Shown here: in pieces, positions 24,321-36,250 of the stretch
How positions within the stretch are numbered: position 1 is the stretch's first letter
Layout of the letters: each line of letters starts with the position of its first letter
NCBI RefSeq assembly: GCF_018977255.1
Contig: NW_024704742.1
Location: 27,344,001-27,408,000, forward strand
DNA from: Callorhinchus milii
Lineage: Eukaryota
DNA: 64,000 nt
Direction: 5' to 3'
Translations under genes and position numbers: made by a program
Notes under the pieces: model-generated
Databases searched by the model: none
Told to the model about the DNA's origin: nothing
What the model saw: only the letters and a program-made list of their open reading frames with translations

Positions 24321-27300
24321 GTTGGAACGACACAGCCTTTGTTCCCACCACCAGTAGCCACCATTGTTACTTTTTCCAATGATGGAGAACAGTGTTTCTC
24401 TGCTGCATCACAGAGTCCTTGTCTAACTCAATCCAGATTTGGTCGCTGTGAGCAGAAAGCAGTCCTAGAATTCCAGTCTCCAATCAACAAAAGCAATAGT
24501 ACTGCTGGAATCTTCATATCCAATCACTGTGCCAAAGCTATGGGTGTTCACAACGTGAAACAGGCTGAAATTTATCAACTGAAATTCCCTTGATTTCTGA
24601 CAGAATCTCAGTTGGAACAATTCCACCTGGCTCTACGTTTACTCTATTTTCATCGTTCTTCAGTGTTTGTAGAGTTGAGCAAATCATTGAACTCTTTGTG
24701 AATTTTGAAGCTGTTTTCTTCTGCAGTCCTTAAAAGAAAGTATAATATACTAATAATGATCCTTGCATTTGATAACGTCTTTCGTGTCATGATAGCATCT
24801 CAAAACGCTTCACATGATTAACATGCATTTCTAAAGTTATCTTGCAAAGAGCTAGAGATCATGCACATGGTTTTAACATGGGTGGAACTGTCTAGAATTG
24901 CACCACTTGACTCAGTCAAAAAAATAAATATTAAAAGATTGGTCACTCAATCCACGATGATGTGTGGGACACTGCTGTGTGCAATTGGCTGCTGGATTTC
25001 GTCCACAAAATATACAGTCAATTCACATAACAGTATATTCTGTGAAGCATTGTGTGACTTTTCGAAAACGTGATGAGCTGCTGTATTAAATGAAAGGATT
25101 ATTATTTACAGTATTGAGCAGTTGAGAGCAGATCATCTATATATGTCAGGGTGGTCCATCCTTTTGGTTACTGAGGGCTGGATTTGAGAAAGGCCACCAG
25201 CAATATTTTGTCCTCATTGTCCAATCCCATTGGCAGGCAAAGCCTGAGCCCCTGGTAGTTGTCTCCTGTTTGGCCAGTCCAGTTGCCGGCCAGAGCTTGA
25301 GGCCCCAGTGAACGACTAGGTACAGAGCCTGCATGTCGCCTGTATTAGCTCGTTGGCCAATGAAGTTGGCAATAGTTCATGGACTGGATTAAATCATCCC
25401 TGAGGCCGGAAAGCGGGCAGCCAGTTGGACCACACTGATGTATGTGAAGGTGATAGGAAGGGTTGGCTTGTGAAAGGCAATTTCAGTAAAGACACCAGGA
25501 AGTACCTAGGGGGTTATTCATGACTCAAACAGGTTGCCATGGAGGATGGTTGAGGTCAGGCAACAGTTTGATTCTATGATGGGAGGATGAGATCAGGTGG
25601 GTTGAAGGGCTTCTTCATTCCAAACTGCTCTTGCTAATTTGTGATCTTGTGACTTGGGTCTCACTCCTCAGATAGTCTTAACTTTCATCTGTTTCTTGGC
25701 ACTGTACAATCTGCTTGTATAATAAGACCATAACATTAGCAAGATTGCTAAATGAGCGATGCACTTTGAAACATTTGTCTGCCTGCTCTGTATTGCTTTG
25801 AAATTTCCTACCCAGGGACAAATACATGAAATACCTTAAGGCACAGTGGATGATGACAGTTTTAATGCATTTTATGTACTGTAATAAAAACTGAGGACAT
25901 TATCTGGAATATCTCTTTTATATGAAATAAACAAAAATAAATTATTAAAACCTGTATTCTGAATGCTTTTGTGTCAGATGTGAACTTACCAATCCTTTTG
26001 GGACTGATAATATTTGAAAGTAGTGTTTTATTTTTTGATCTTTATAGATCTGTCATAACAAATGTAATCTGTTTGCAGATGTAATTTATTCATATTTAAA
26101 ACATTTATTCCACTGTTTTTTTCTACATTAAGCTATCTCACATGAAATCATTGTGACATAAACAGTAACATATTGCTTTCATTATTTTTAGTCTGGATCA
26201 CTTACATTGTGTATTTTCAATAGACAAATAGGAACAATACAGTACTTTGATTTGAAAAATGCAATTTCAATTGAAAGAAAGGTTTTTCATTTTATAGCAC
26301 CATATTGCTTTGAAAAGTCTCATAATGAGTCTCATAGTCATACATTGCATCATAGACAAATGTGCGGCAGTGATTTTGCATATTCACAGCATCTCTTCAC
26401 GTATCATCTTGGAGCGCTTTACTCCAAGCCAGTGAGAGGGGAAATGTCGAAGACTTGGCCATAGGCATGTAAGTGGTAGGATTTGAGGCAGGACTTAAAG
26501 ATAGAACGAGAGAGGGCAAAATGGAGAGGTGGAGGAGGAGTGTATCACAGGTTGAGGTGTAGGAATTGAAGGCACGTCACCGAAGGTGGTGTAAGCCTTC
26601 AGTAAGGTCCTACAAACTACTGTGTGATGAATGTACCAGGCAATCTGAAGGATTATAGACCAGGAGATATTAGAATAAAACACTGGCACGTGCACTCTCT
26701 CCGGAAGGGTGTGCTCCTTTGCTCTGGGATGCTACCCTGTGTGAGGGGAGCCATATAAATGCAACTGGTTGTTTTTGTTGAGGGCCACATCTTCACTGGA
26801 GCTGAAATGTTGTGCGATTTCTCTCCTTTCCCCCTTCCTGGAAGCCAAATAAAAAAACCTCTAGATATGGATTCAGTTTCATGTCAGCTGCTGTCGCCTA
26901 CCCAGACAGACACTGAACATGGGAACTTGTTGGTTTGTACAACTCAATAAGCAGTGGATTTACCAACTGAATCAACAGTGGAGCTGACAAGTATCAGGTT
27001 ACACATTTGAATGATTCTCTAAAAAGGTGACACCCAGGTATCAGAATGAAAAGACCTGTTACAGTTCAATGGTTGAATTGAATCCATGGGTAGTGCATTT
27101 TACTTTGATGACACAATATTTTTTCACTTTAATACTAATGTTTTTGCTCTGACAAACTGTTACTGGGGTATTTACTTATGATTCAAGTTGAATCTTCTCC
27201 GAGGGTATTGCTCTGTCTGTTCTGCTGGAGGTATTAATCTGTCTGCCCTATCAACCATCAGTAACCTGACTTTGGATCATTTTTATTTAGCTGAAAAAAG

Positions 27301-28139
27301 AACAAGAACCAGTTCCGACTGTTCCTGAGAGAATTCCCATTTTGCTGCGTTTGATAGATTGCTCATTCCTGCGACTCAGGCCGTTACTTCTGAGACTCAG
27401 GCTTGCTAATCCCCCTTGTGTGGGCAGAGCATTGCTGCACGATGATTCACTTGATCGAGTGCTCAAGACGTACATCAATCATACATACTTATGGATTGAC
27501 ATTCGCACAGTCTTAACAGAAACGTTCCCTTAAATGAGTCTGCATTAAGTGAGACTGGAAAGGGTGGATTTTTTTTATATTGTAATCACACAGGGTAGCA
27601 ATTCATAGATTACGATCTCTTCACCACAACCATCACCACCACATTCTCACCACCATCTGCGTTGCTGAACAAATTGCCGCATTGTGGGTGCTGTGCCAGC
27701 TCTGCGGTTATTCTTCATCATTCGGTTTAGTTGGCAGCAGCCTTTCCCTCGAGTAAGAAATGTACGGGTTCAAGGATGTGAAGCAAGATTGCCAGTACAG
27801 TATTGCACTAGATTGTTGAATTACAGCATCTCTTCAGTTGAGATTGATAAGTATCTGCTCGACGGCATTGTGTACAAGGCATCAGTACCGTGGTTGTATT
27901 TGATGCTCATATTAGGTAGAAAATATTTGCTTTTCCCAAAGGTGAAACAAGAATAGTTGTGAGCATGTATAGGAATAATCTTCACCTGTGTGTAGATAAA
28001 GTTTTCTCTTGTGACAAGCCTGTAAGCTCACTTGAGGGATCTTATGTTTTCTGGACTCAGTTGCAGTGTTCAAAATGTATTGTGATGGAAAATGTGACTT
28101 TTGACAACAGAATTCAAGTCAAAGTGATTTACAAAGGCG

Positions 28140-28382
28140 AAATATTTAATATTTTCACACAGAGAGTTGTTGGGACATGGAATGCCCTGCCAAGTAAGGT
28201 GGTCGAGGCAGAGTCCACAGTAGGTTTCAAGAGGAAGTGAATAGGTATATGAAAGACAGAAGCTTGAAGGGGTACGGGGATAAGACAGGGCAGTGGGATT
28301 GAATGAGCAGCTTGCTCTGATAGGCTGTGAAGTCTCAATGGGTCAAATGGTTGCCTTCTGCTCCTTCTTTGAATCTATGTCT
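28140..28382 (+). mobile_element. CR1 LINE 3' fragment
   Basis: Text FTQRVVGTWNALPSKVVEAES..FKRK followed by a CR1-type 3' UTR. Confidence 0.85.
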
Positions 28383-28387
28383 ATTGT

Positions 28388-28723
28388 GGAGTCCTGTAGC
28401 TCAGTGGTTAGAGCACTCGCTTTGCAAGCAAGAGACCTGAGTTCAATCCCCAGCAGGTCAGGGCGAAACCTTGGGCAGGTTTCCTTACTCCACACAGAGC
28501 CTAATAATAATCCCGCCAAAAAAAAAACACAATAATAAAAAATTGGTCACTTTCAATCCATGACTGTTTGTGGGACATTGCTGTGCGCAATTGGCTGCCG
28601 CGTTCGCCTACAAATATACAGTCAATTCACTTTACAGTATATTCTGTGAAGCGCTTTGGGACGTCCTCCCGACGTGAAAAGCGCTATATCAAATGCAAGG
28701 ATTATTATTATTATTATTATTAT
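28388..28723 (+). mobile_element. Young SINE, full length (first unit of a tandem pair)
   Basis: Near-identical to 14023-14347; long (TTA)n tail. Confidence 0.95.
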
Positions 28724-29011
28724 TTGCAAGCGAGAGACCCGAGTTCAATTCCAGGCAGAGGGCGAAACCTTGGGCAAGTTTCCTTACTTCACACACCTAA
28801 TAATAATCCCTCCAAAAACCAAAAACAATAATAAATTGGTCATTTTCAATCTACGACTGTTTGTGGGACATTGCTGTGCGCAATTGGCTGCCGCGTTCGC
28901 CCACAAATATACAGCCAATTCACTTTACAGTGTGTTCTGTGAAGCGCTTTGGGACATCCTCCCGACGTGAAAAGCGCTATATCAAAATGCAAGGGTTATT
29001 ATTATTATTAT
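28724..29011 (+). mobile_element. Young SINE, 5'-truncated at the anticodon loop (second unit of the tandem pair)
   Basis: Begins TTGCAAGCGAGAGACC directly after the first unit's tail and has its own (TTA)n tail. Confidence 0.93.
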
Positions 29012-31119
29012 GTCAAACCTGTTTTGAAATGTGGCACTTTTCATTATGTATTTCCCCATGTGTTCAATAGTGTAACTTCTATTGAGAGGTTAAAGGTATC
29101 CTTCATTGATTCAGTTTCTAAACATGGGGATTTCCACGTGTAGGTTGGATGCATGGAATTCTCAGTCAGGGTTTGATACTCTTAAGCACAGTGATGGGTT
29201 TCTGCATGTATTAGACACCTAATGCATCAAAACAAACGTTTAAGTTATTTGGTCAGACAATTTCATTAAAGTAATAATGGAAACTGACAGAATAAGAAAT
29301 GGTTTCTTATTCACAACCTAACATTAAGGTATGTTCTATTCTTTTTATGAACTTACCCCTATAGTAATTACTCTTGACTCAATTTGTCCAAATCAACCCT
29401 TATATTTATCTGATGCATTATTGCAGTTTCTGAATTAAACTGCAGGTGTGTTGATTAAGTTTCTCTGGTCAATGAAGATTTCGCATTGAGATGCATTAAT
29501 AAGATAGATACACATCAACAACAAACAACAACTTGCATTTATACAGTGCCCTTCACACAGGGTAATGTCCCGGAGCGCTATCATTGGCCTTATTGTTACG
29601 AGTTTCACGAGGAGTTGAAACTGTAATGTTTTCCCTTGTCTGAATCATTACTCAATCTATCATAGATGTAACATATGTATATCTTATTTAATGTAAATAT
29701 ATAGGAGACCAAAATGCACAAATTTTTAATGGAATTCCTGAATTAAAAAACAGCGAAGCATCACACCAGCACACAGGAATTCAGCTGTGGCACTGTCTAG
29801 TTCTGAACCAGAGATTGGTGTTTTGCACTTTTGGGAACCAGAAGGAGTCCCCTTTGTGACTAAGCGTAGCTATTAAGGAATACTTTTAGAAATTGTCATA
29901 TTTTACACCTCTTTGTTTGTGGCAATGCAGTGAGGAACGCATTGGCTTTGTCAGAAGGATATGATTGGGGTATGGTCTGATCCCATCAGTGTTAATAACT
30001 ACCATTGACTAAATTATGTATCCGATTTAAATCCAGCCTACTTAACTTGTGTCTCACAATCCCATGTGGGTTTCCTGATCTCCAATACGTTCTTTGACAC
30101 AGATTTGGAAATGGGTTAGGAAGGTGCTTTCAATATAAATAAACCCAATTCATTCCTGGAGGAAAATTCTTCAAGGGTCTCTTTGGCTTCCCCTCCAAAG
30201 AGATGCAACGAATCAACAATGCAATGGTGGGCAAACAAACTGAGGGTGGAAGTGTAATAACTTTATAGTGAATGTTTACACTTGAAATCCCATTATAGTT
30301 GTTTATTAGAAGAGGTGAGACATGTAGCAGCAAGAGGCGCTATTGCCTTCCGTTTACCAGGACTGTTCTAACATGACAGGTAGCAGGACCTTTGAGGAAG
30401 CCCTTATATAGGCAATCAGGCTCCAGTCCAAGTTTCAGTCTTTCCTGCTGGTTACTGCACAGCAGGAAAGACTGTGGCTTTGGATTAGGGCCCACCAGCA
30501 ATCTGTAATAGCTGTCTTTTTAACCCTGCTTAGAATTTTCAGAGTGCAGTAGAGATCAGGCTACTGCTGGGTTACACTGGTTGAATTACTGAACACTGTA
30601 AATCACACCATAATCTCTTTAAAAAAGAATCCTGGGAGGAGATAGCATTTTTCTATGTGTTTGAACCTATCTGCAATTACTTAAAAGGCATGCAAATTAG
30701 CACGCATATCAATATTAACAGTTTGTTATCAACTGGGTGCTCTGGAACTCTACCTGCGTGAAGGGCGCTGTATAAATGCAAGTAGCTGTTGTTCTGCAGA
30801 GGAGGAGGACTAAAAAAAATGGTCCAGGGAAGGAGTGATCAAAGCTGGAACTGACTATGGAATGATTGCACCTAAATTTAAGAAAATATAGTCCCCCCTG
30901 AAGAGACACACTGGCAATGCAAGGCAGGTCCATTATCATCCAGGGTGTTCGAGGAGGTGGACACTTGTTTGTAACCAAGGCTGGCCTGCAGATCGTAGCA
31001 TTTGAATGGCAGTGCTGGCTTGTCTCAACAGATAAATCAGACTTAAGCTAGAATCCAGAGAACTAATAGGGTAGCAACTCCAATGGTAGGTGCTGACCGC
31101 CTTCTGTTTTTGTTAATTC

Positions 31120-31360
31120 ATAGAATCATACAGCACTGAATGAGGCCATTCAGCCCATCGTGCCTGTGCCAGTTTTTTGGAAGAACTATCCAATCAGTCC
31201 CACTCCCCCGCTCTTTCCCCATTCCCCTGCATATTTTGCCTTCACAAGTATCTATCTGATTCCCTTTTGAAAGTTGTTATTGAATCTGTTTCCATCACCC
31301 TTTCAGCCACTACATTCTAGACCGTAACAACTCTCTGTGTAAAAAAAAATTCTCATCTCC
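31120..31360 (-). mobile_element. CR1 LINE 3' fragment
   Basis: CATAGAATCATACAGCAC..GGCCATTCAGCCCATCG tail; reverse-strand FFTQRVV-like sequence at about 31320-31350. A CT-rich tract follows to about 31445. Confidence 0.85.
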
Positions 31361-31697
31361 CCTCTTTGTTTCTCTTTGTTTGTTTCTTTGTCTTCTCTCC
31401 ATCTCTTTCTTTTTCCTTTTCTTTTTCTTTTTCCTGTTTCTCCTTACATTTGTGTTTTTCTCTATGTAAAGAGTTTTCCTGTATCCAAACAAGGAGATGT
31501 TTTCTGGTACCTCAACCTCAGGAGAATCCACAGTGCAGAACACAATATTGGCAGATTCTCTGAGAGAATAAAATCGCAAGAATGATTTCAATGAAGAAGG
31601 CTTATCTGATCTCATCCCTTAAGAATACCTACCCTACCACCCACCCCCATTCACAGCAGAATGTCCTATACCAATTGTTAATTACACTTGATTTTTT

Positions 31698-32155
31698 GTG
31701 ACAGCCTGGCTCAGTTGGTAGTACTCTCGCCTCCAAATCAGAAGGTTATAGGTTCAAGCCCCACGTTGGGACATGGACTCACATTATTTAAGTTAATATT
31801 ATAATGCGGTGCTGGGGGTGTGTTTCATTGTCAGAGATGCTGTCCTTCAGCTGAGACGTTAAACTGAGGTCTTGTCTGCCTATTCAGGTGGACATTAAAG
31901 AACCCATGGCACTATTCAAAAAGAGAAGTCTGTCTGTTCAGGTGAATATTAAAGACACTATTCGAAGGGAGAAGAGAGATTTTCTCAATATCCTGTCCAA
32001 TAATCCCCTAAATAAATTGGTCATTCGCCAATTGGGACATTGTTTTGTACAAATTTGCTGGTACATTTACTTACAAAATGCAGTCACTGCATTTTTCAGC
32101 AGATCCTGTGAAAGGCTTTGAGATGCCCTCCTGAGATGCAATGTGCTATGTCAAT
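31698..32155 (+). mobile_element. Old Deu-domain SINE, near full length
   Basis: Head GCCTGGCTCAGTTGGTAG..TCAGAAGGTT..GGTTCAAGCCCCAC, Deu core with a local internal duplication (about 31870-31970), and an L2-like tail. Confidence 0.82.
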
Positions 32156-32159
32156 AACA

Positions 32160-32312
32160 ATATAATAATAATCCTTGCATTTGATATAGCACCTTATCGT
32201 GTTGTTAAGACATTTCAAAGCGCTTCACAGAATAAACTGTAAAGTGAATTGTGACTGTATGCTTTGCGAAACCGGCAGCCAATTGTACACTGCAGTGTCC
32301 CACAAACAGTCA
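32160..32312 (-). mobile_element. SINE 3' fragment
   Basis: (TAA)n-TCCTTGCATTTGATATAGC..CAGTGTCCCACAAACAGTC. Confidence 0.85.
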
Positions 32313-33084
32313 TGGAAAATGGGAGGACTGATGTGCTTTTAAAATAAATTAACCTTTGGCAAATGAGCTTGAAGTGTTGATTTAAAAGAAAATCCATCAT
32401 GCGCTTGTACTGTTAATCCATGGGACAATGAGAACTGAGAACAAGTTACAAGGCTATAACCTTGTCAGACTTGACTCATGTGGGGTATGAGACCATCTGA
32501 ACCTGGGCTGGATCACAGGCTTTTAATATTCCCTGGACTATATTATATAATGTGAGTAAGTGTTTGTACAGCTCCTGTGCAAGTTCCAAGGTTTCTCTCT
32601 GTTGTCTGGAGCATTTCAGGGTCTCGATACAGTGCAGCCAAATAACGTGCTTGGAAGATTGTTACGTTCCTTTGGGATGTCATTACTACAAGTCTGTTTG
32701 AAGATCATTTGCAGTAGATTACGGTGGGATTCCACACATTATATATTATGAATGCTCTATGGTTTGTTTGCAAACTGTTAATTAAAAAGAGTAACATTTT
32801 TAAACAAATGATCTCCATTGTCACCTTGGCTGTGTTAAGCAAATACGCATTAACACTGGGAGACCTGAAGCATTTTAGTTTTGAGTGAAGCAATGGAATC
32901 TTGGGTGAAAAATGTGACATTTGATAACGGATTCAACAATTATTGAACATGCTGTCTAATCTGTTTGGAAAGGTTGCATTTTTCAGCCCATTATATTAAA
33001 TGGAGAATGGTGACTCTTTGTTTTTAAATAATAACACAACGGAAAATAAAATAGTCATCTCATGCAGTCTTCTATTGAGACATT

Positions 33085-33398
33085 GAGTCCTGTAGCTCAG
33101 TGGTTAGAGCACTCGCCTCGCAAGCGAGAGACCTGGGTTTGATTCCCGGCAGGGTGAAACCTTGGGCAAGTTTCCTTACTCCACATGCCTGATAATAATC
33201 CCTCAAGAAAAAAAAACAATGATAAATTGGTCGCTTCAATCCAAGACTGTTTGTGGGACACTGCTGTGCGCAATTGGCTGCCATGTTTCGCCCACAAATA
33301 TACTGTCAATTCACTTTACAGTACATTCTGTGAAGCACTTTGACACGTCTAGAAGATGTGAAAAAGCGCCATATCAAATGTAAGGATTATTATTATTG
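33085..33398 (+). mobile_element. Young SINE, full length (TCTAGAAGA tail subfamily)
   Basis: A and B boxes, anticodon arm CTCGC-CTCGCAA-GCGAG, (TTA)n tail. Confidence 0.93.
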
Positions 33399-35449
33399 AT
33401 TTTATGGGAAAAATCCTAAACTATAGACTTGGTACCCTCCAAGATTCAACGAATCGGCCACATCAACAGGATGTTAAAGTTGCAGCTGCTCAAAACGCAG
33501 TGCGTTTCATTTTTAAAACGTCAAGCATTCATAATTGCCCGTATGTGCTCTAAATAACACTGACTGCCTGACAGTGAATCCTGACAGGAATACAATCTCA
33601 GAAGGGGTCGGTAGAGGTTGACGGACAAACCTCTCAAGATTCGATCTTGCAGTTTGTTGATACCATCTGAACTTCTTGATTGGATTACTGTTTTGTAATC
33701 CACGTTGGCAGCCTCCGACATCCGTCACCTTCCTACAGTATTTCTCACTTATGGGATATCAGTAAGTTTCCAATCTGATCTGACAATGGCACAGCAGTCT
33801 ACCATTGCCTTTCAGCCCTGTCATCTCTGGTTATTTGGCTCACCGAGGAGATCAGAAGTTTATACGTCAGCTTCTACCTACCACCTTCCGAGATTGAATT
33901 CCTGTCTTTCGAATGAGGCATTAAACCTCATCTGCATGTTCAGGTGGATGCTAAAGATCCTATGACACTATTTGAAAAAGGGTAGGGAGTTTCTCCAAGT
34001 TTCCTGGCCAAAATTTCCCCAAAACTAGGTTAGTTCAAGACCTAATGCAGGCCTTGAAGTATTTTGTGCTGACTTGGAGTGCCTTGTGTGAAATATGCTT
34101 GGGAAGAGGGAAATTCATGTGAGAGAAAATGGGTAAGGTAAAAAAAATTAAAAAAAAAATTAAAGTACTACATTCTCAGAAATGTAAGCGGAAAGGGTCA
34201 TTGTCATTGTTTATGAGCATTGTTTTCCTGGTATTTTCTTCTTGAACTAATGGAAAGTGAACGACTTTACATGGGTCACAATAAAGCTGCGTGAAAATCC
34301 ATTTATGAACACAAAACCTGATTTTGAAAACCTATCAGTGGTATATTATAGAAAAGGTACCCAGCCATGCTATGAGTCAGTATGGCAATGCTGTATGATT
34401 TTCAGGGGTGAAGTGTTCAGGGCTCAGCAAGCTAAGGGAGGAATATATCAGAGTAATTTGTCTCCAGTCAGTGAGGTATGCTGGGATTGTAATTCATTGC
34501 TGGAGCTTTAATGTACTATCCTGACAATCTGTATTCTTAACAATTGGCTGGGATCTTCTTTTATGCAGCTAAGACACTATGACTTTGCTTGTTCCAAGTT
34601 GCTCAGTAGAATAAATATCGTGCGTTGTAAATGACATTTCGCAGCAGTAAAAGCACCTCAGGGTGTGAAGTGAGTCTTGCCTGGGAACCCCCATGTTTGC
34701 CACTCAGACCTGTGAGAATTTTTCTCAGCCTCAGATTGTGTTAGAATGGAATGCGAGCGATTCGGTGGGAAGTACCTGGGGGTTTTCTGTACGTGGCCCA
34801 GTTTATACTCCTGAGGTACTATTTCCGACTCTTGCGCTGAGCTTTTCCTGCTCGAGTCTATTTTTCAAATCCAGGTGTCCGTCACTTCTTGACAGATTCT
34901 TGAGGCAGGCAACCCAGCCCATGAACGCCCCAAAATAATGTGGTAGGACAGAGTTTCTGAGCCCGTGGTTTGCTGTACGGTTCAGTCTGAACTTCTGCAC
35001 TCTCAGGGAGGCATGTCCTAACAGACGGTGAGCCATTCTGGATCTCTCCTGTGCACATCATTCTATCCAGTAGTATTGGCAGCTGGCCTCCTTGTCAGGG
35101 AATGTGCAAGCATGGGAGCGGACTAATGAGAGGAACACAATAATAAGAAGAATCTGGGTTAAAATCTAGGCCCAACGAATGGAATGCATTCCTTCTCTAT
35201 ATGACTATGTAAATACCTTGTGTGAAACACATTTAGATCGTTTAATTTGTGCCTAAATGGATGTAGATCCTCAGCACAAAACTCCTAAACTTAATAATCC
35301 TCAGATTTAATACAGTTCCTGCTCGTAGAGTCGACACTTCTTTAAGCTCTTTATATGATATACTGTAGAGTACAGTAATTCTGTATTTTACAGACAAAAT
35401 ACATTACAAATATTATGTAATTTTTATTTCCAGTTAGACAAAATCACTG

Positions 35450-35481
35450 AGGGAGGGAGAGAGAGAGAAAGAGAGAGAGAA
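35450..35481. repeat. (GA)n microsatellite
   Basis: GGGAGGGAGAGAGAGAGAAAGAGAGAGAGA read directly. Confidence 0.85.
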
Positions 35482-36004
35482 GGATGGCTAGAGTTTGGAT
35501 TGGATGTGTCACACTGGTTGGGTTGGGGCCACATCTGTGGATGACCATTGAGTTCTTAATGCTGACATTGAGAGCTTACAATGGAAAAAGCGTCCTTTGC
35601 CTCAGTGCTGAATAGCCTTCATCTTGCTAGGCACAAAAATGCACTTAAGAAAGGAAGGTGAGATGTGCACAATAAGAAGACATCAAATGATGCACAAACC
35701 CGAGGCCTTGCAGGCCTATATATTTGATACTTGATTTGTGGAGCACAGAGGATTCATTTCCTTGTTAAATCAGCCGTCTAATGTTCAAGCAAGTCATTCT
35801 TCCGCTTTGTTTGTTCTTTGTGCTCAAAAGCAGCAATGAAACACACCTGAAATGACAGTTAATAACTTTCTGGATTGCTTCAAAGTGGACTGGAATTCTT
35901 AATACTGTAAATGTATGTGGAACGTCAAAAGCAGTCATGTTAACTGCATGTATAACTGCTTATGTGTTTTTGACCTTGCAAAACATTTGCTAATAAAAAG
36001 AAAA

Positions 36005-36250
36005 CAAGCCATTCAGTTCACCTCATCTGTTCTGGGGTTATATTCTACGTGAACTCCTCCCTCTCCTAAACACCTCTATTTCCTTTTTCCTCATGTGTAC
36101 ATCAAGATTCCTCTTAAACACGTTGATGCTTTTTGCTTCAATCACAGCTTCTGGTAATGACTTCGACATTCTCACCACCCTCTGTGTAAAGAAGGTTCTC
36201 CTAAACTGCCTTTTAGATTTGCCAACAGCTATCTGATATTTATGCCCCTT
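36005..36250 (-). mobile_element. CR1 LINE 3' fragment
   Basis: ORF 36038-36262 (-) reads KGHKYQI..FFTQRVVRM..LPEAVIEAKSINVFKRNLD. Confidence 0.88.

Noticed and set aside
30325..30342. CTCF-like TAGCAGCAAGAGGCGCTA
   Set aside because: It mismatches at core invariant positions; too weak without a PWM score.
31310..31615. Lys/Arg-rich ORF on the minus strand
   Set aside because: It is produced by a CT-rich low-complexity tract next to a CR1 fragment.
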